From the NCBI GenBank assembly GCA_977017645.1, contig OZ360236.1, forward strand, positions 26,908,001-26,972,000: a DNA stretch of 64,000 bases. Direction: 5' to 3'. Position 1 is the stretch's first letter; every line of letters begins with the position of its first letter. Under the pieces are notes generated by a model that saw only the letters and a program-made list of their open reading frames with translations, made no database searches and was not told the origin of the DNA. Source of the stretch: Torpedo marmorata. Taxonomy: Eukaryota. Positions 60,401 to 64,000 of the stretch are shown here, piece after piece. Both the position numbers and the translations under genes were made by a program.

Positions 60401-60584
60401 CCCCGACGAAATTTAAATGAGCACCTACCTCTCCCGCTGCTTTTTTAACTACTCCTCCTCTCGTTCACAGTCCCGCTCTTGCAGTCCCCGACAAAATTTA
60501 AATGAACACCTACCTCTACCATTGCTTTTTAACCGATCCTCTCATTCACGGACCCTCTCTCGCAGTCCCTGACAAGATTTAAAC
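57440..60584 (-). mobile_element. CR1-clade LINE retaining 5'UTR and ORF1, internally deleted and degraded
   Basis: ORF1 Zn-finger remnant MAAREVECSNCRMWEI...DDYSCKRCIQLQLL near 59.93-60.05 kb; SGNH esterase remnants (VIGDSIVR near 59.63 kb; KDGLHLN near 59.21 kb); ORF2 start LKCAYFNA; RT remnants at 58.0-58.65 kb; CR1 tail near 57.45 kb. Confidence 0.85.
60242..60584. repeat. Tandem repeat of about 85 bp x4 at the CR1 5' end
   Basis: ATTTAAATGA recurs at 60326, 60411 and 60496 (period 85), with degenerate outer units. Confidence 0.9.
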
Positions 60585-61349
60585 AAGCTTTATCTGTGGT
60601 TGTTTTCCATTTCCTTGGTTGATCACACTTCTGAGGACCTGGAGGATAACAGATGTCTCACAATAAATAAGATCGAGATTCAGCAAAAAATAAATGTCTA
60701 ATGTATTAATCTCACATGCTGGGCAATCCAAATGTTAAACTGCAATCTGTCAACGCTTAATGTGGACAAGTTATAAAACAGGTTTATATTTAATAAAATT
60801 TCAGCAACTTGCATAAATTTGCCCTTTCCTCCAGGCATGGGAAAAGATAAGAAATAAAGTTGTAAACTCACCCTCTCCTTTTCCTCCAGCAACAGCAAGG
60901 TGTCTAGCATTGCTATGCTTGGCAGAAGTCAAAACTTAATTCAAAGAGAATATGTTTGCTGAATGGTTGGTTGAGGATAAAGATCAATGAGCACTTGCAA
61001 GGCATAATCTCTCAGAATATTCCTGAAAGATAATTGCCTTGAAATACAACCCCAGTTTCCTTTTGTACTCTGCCTCCAAATTTCAATCCATTCACTTCAA
61101 TTGAGCAAATGTTAGATGCAGGGCTCAATATGCTTGCATTACAATGTATCACATTTAGTCTAAACAACTGGGATGAACTTTTGGACACGTGTATTTGTAC
61201 CTGCTCCCAACAACCTCAGTTCAACTGCATCGCTGAGCACACATGAAATGTTCTCTGTGAATTTGATGTTGTGGTGAATTTGGTCAACAGATCTCAGTAA
61301 AGTCAAACAAGCTCATTGGTATTGAATTTTCACCATAACGAGGGTGCTG

Positions 61350-62296
61350 TGTTATGGACCATGACTGACAATTTGGACTGCGGATGCTCAGCAGGAAGGA
61401 TGAAGTCTTTTGGAGTACACACTGGGACCTGGTACTGAAAGAGTGAACTTGCCAAGGACTTCTTGTATTTACCAGAGAGAGACACCAGGGGGAGACAAAA
61501 TGTGGAAAATATACTTGGTTGTTGAACTTTTAAGAAGGGAGCTGGAGACTCTCTGCAGGAAGAATTAAAAGTTCAGTCGTGGAAAATTGAATCAGTGGCA
61601 GTTTTGGAGTTGCAAAGGCGGGAGAACTCAGCAGGATCCAGGCTTGTGCATCCCAGAGAAGAGGTTGGGAGAAGAACACAGAGCCTTTTGAATCAGAAAA
61701 TCCAGGCTTGTGCATCCCAGAGGAAAAGGTTGGGACCAGAGGCAAGGCCTTGGTGATTCAGCAAAATCCTGAGTTGAGAGCAGCTTTTGTGAAGAACAGG
61801 CTGTGAGATCCAAGTATACACCTCAATCCAAAACGGATCTGGATTCGCAATCATTGTGAAAACACCAGAAGGGAAAGTCATCAGAGAAGAAAAGCAAGCC
61901 AAGCATTCATAAGCATAAACAGTCATTGTCTCTTTCTCCAACGTTCATTAAGAAGTCCTGCTTGCCAGTACACAGAGCTGAATTTGGACCCTGAACATAG
62001 AGAGTGAATTTTTGTGGACTGTATTTTTGGGACTGACTTGTTTTTATGACTGACCTGGGGTTTTTGGGGAAAGTTTTTCCATTTTTACATGAGGGTTGGG
62101 CACAGACTGTAATGGTCTGGGCTGTACACACACACACACACACACACCCCTTTTGGATAAGAATAGTGTTTATAGATGTTTATTATGGCGTTAATTGTTG
62201 TGAAATTATATGTTTAATTGTCTTTAATAAATATAAATTTCAATTTTGTCCCTTTTGCATTGCGTCTTTTGTCGTTGCTGGTTTGAATTTGTAACA
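61350..62296 (+). mobile_element. Solo LTR related to the Gmr1-like LTRs, longer subfamily
   Basis: TGTTATGGACCATG...TTGCGTCTT...GTAACA termini and U5-like part resemble 34296-34996; flanks GCTG/GCTA fit a 4-bp TSD with one mismatch. Confidence 0.8.
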
Positions 62297-62499
62297 GCTA
62301 TCTCATGACATCAGGATTTAATTGTTGTTGACAATTTAAAAATTCAACTTTAGTTTATTTTCCTTTATTGCTCTCTGAACCTGATTTTAAATTGTATTTA
62401 TGTATTTTAATTCATACTTCGTTTTCAGACTTGAACTATTAATATCAAAGTGTTCCATTCTGATGAAGGATATATACATTTTACACATCATCATCAAAT

Positions 62500-62970
62500 C
62501 ATCGAGTAGAGAAAGAGGCCATTTGGCCAATCATGTCCATGTTGATCATCAAGTATCCATCGATACCAATCCCATTTGCTACTACTTGATTCAAAGCCTT
62601 CTATCCCATGGTATTTTAAGTACTCATTTGGATACATCATAAATATTGTGATATTATCAACATCCAGCATTCCTTTAAGTAGCCTGTTTCAGATGCCAAC
62701 GACTATCTGGAAGAAAAAAAATCTTCTTCAAATCTCCTTAAAATCTCCTAACCCTTATCTTAAATCTGTGTGTTCTAGATTTTGATGTCTCGGCTTTGGG
62801 GAAATGTTTCTTGCTCTACGCCCTATCTATGTCCTTAATATTTTTGTATATCTCCATCAGGAACCCCCCTCCCCCGCCAGCTTTCTCTGCTCCAAAGGAA
62901 GCAAAACCCATCCTATCCAGTTTCTCCTCACAACAGAAATGCTCTATTCAAAGAAACAATCTTGAGAATC
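62500..62970 (-). mobile_element. Degraded CR1 3' fragment
   Basis: Loose reverse-complement match to the CR1 3' end (agaggccatttggccaatc...cttaaatctgtgtgttctag...ctatctatgtccttaata). Confidence 0.55.
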
Positions 62971-64000
62971 TCAGCTTGCACTTTGTTCACAAGTCTCAGA
63001 TTCATAGTTTTCCGTGCAATCATGTTATCAGTTTGCATACCCAGTTGCTTAAATGTAAAAAAGTGTAAACATCCAAATTTGCAAGGGCAAGTCCATCCAC
63101 TATCAGGTACTAATCAAGGTTCTGCTGTGGCAAATTATGGTGTCTGAAATCAAACAAATCTACAGTCAAATCAATATTGATAACATGTTCTGAAAAATCA
63201 ATTGTTCTGTTTGGCTAAGAAACTAAATTTATTATGATCCAGTATGGCACTGAATTCACAACTAAGGAATGGTTTGATTCAATCCTCATTGATGTTGTTG
63301 ACCTCCATGAAGGGTGGGTCTTGATAAATTGGCCTCAGTCTTCCTGGGCTTATGAAAGGAAAGTTCACTTAGGTTTCACTCTCCTGATTGCCAATCACGG
63401 ATGATTGCAGGAAAGTATGGATGTGAGAAAGCAAGCAATGAATTAATTTGTCTGAAATATCTCCAGATGTTAATTAACTCATCAACATTGGTCACCTTCA
63501 CTTGTATGATGCCTGTGTGGGTGGGATTGCTTTCAGCTATGGAACAGATTCACAGCATGGAAAAAAAAAATAACCTTCTCTGTTCTGGAGAGATTAAATG
63601 AAACAGGAGCAAAAAAAAAGAGAATAAATTAAATAAGGGTAAAGGAAGCAATGTAACTTTTAGGAGACAGCTTATTTACAAAAGACTTGACCATCATCAC
63701 CCCATTGCACGTGCCTAATATATTTAATGCCACATTTATCTCCTTTCTATCACAGATGTAAAAACAACCAGCTTATAAAAAGCAAACTGTAAAACCTAGC
63801 ACCAGCTACACTGCTCTCAGCTGCAATCCACACATTTCAAGAAGTATTTTGAATGCAAAAAGATTTCAGTCCGCCACCCACACATCACACTTACCTAACT
63901 GAAATGAACAAAAATAGGCCTGCCTAATCAATTATGCTATCGATGAAGGAAAAAATTGCAAGAATAAAATTGTTTACAATTCTTCCATGGTTCATTTGAA

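Noticed and set aside
60242-60584. CRISPR-like array
   Set aside because: Whole 85-bp units repeat with no variable spacers; it is a tandem repeat at a CR1 5' end.

Overview
Vertebrate nuclear DNA, most likely a shark or ray: it carries HE1/V-SINE-type SINEs with CR1 tails, Neptune-like Penelope elements, Rex1/Babar and Gmr1-like Gypsy. No intact host gene is evident; the window is mostly nested transposable elements, many with readable target-site duplications (TSDs). It holds six AT-rich L1-clade copies (one with a twin-priming 5' inversion), several Penelope-like elements with minimal hammerhead-ribozyme motifs, CR1 and Rex1/Babar LINEs, a DD35D pogo transposon, a decayed Gmr1-like LTR element, a very young Mag-like Gypsy element, two solo LTRs, tRNA-derived SINEs and one 5S-derived SINE. 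Three signals stand out. First, a 3.4-kb non-autonomous hAT-type element (TIRs plus 8-bp TSD) carries the 3' end of a frizzled-8 gene: C-terminal CDS, apparent 3'UTR, poly(A) signal and probable downstream flank. Second, the young Gypsy has no tRNA primer-binding site; a 13-nt sequence complementary to its own LTR poly(A)-signal region sits there instead. Third, a hairpin-rich 3' module is shared by a 5S-headed SINE and an unrelated GC-rich element. All family calls come from motif recognition by eye; no searches were run, and boundaries without TSDs are approximate.
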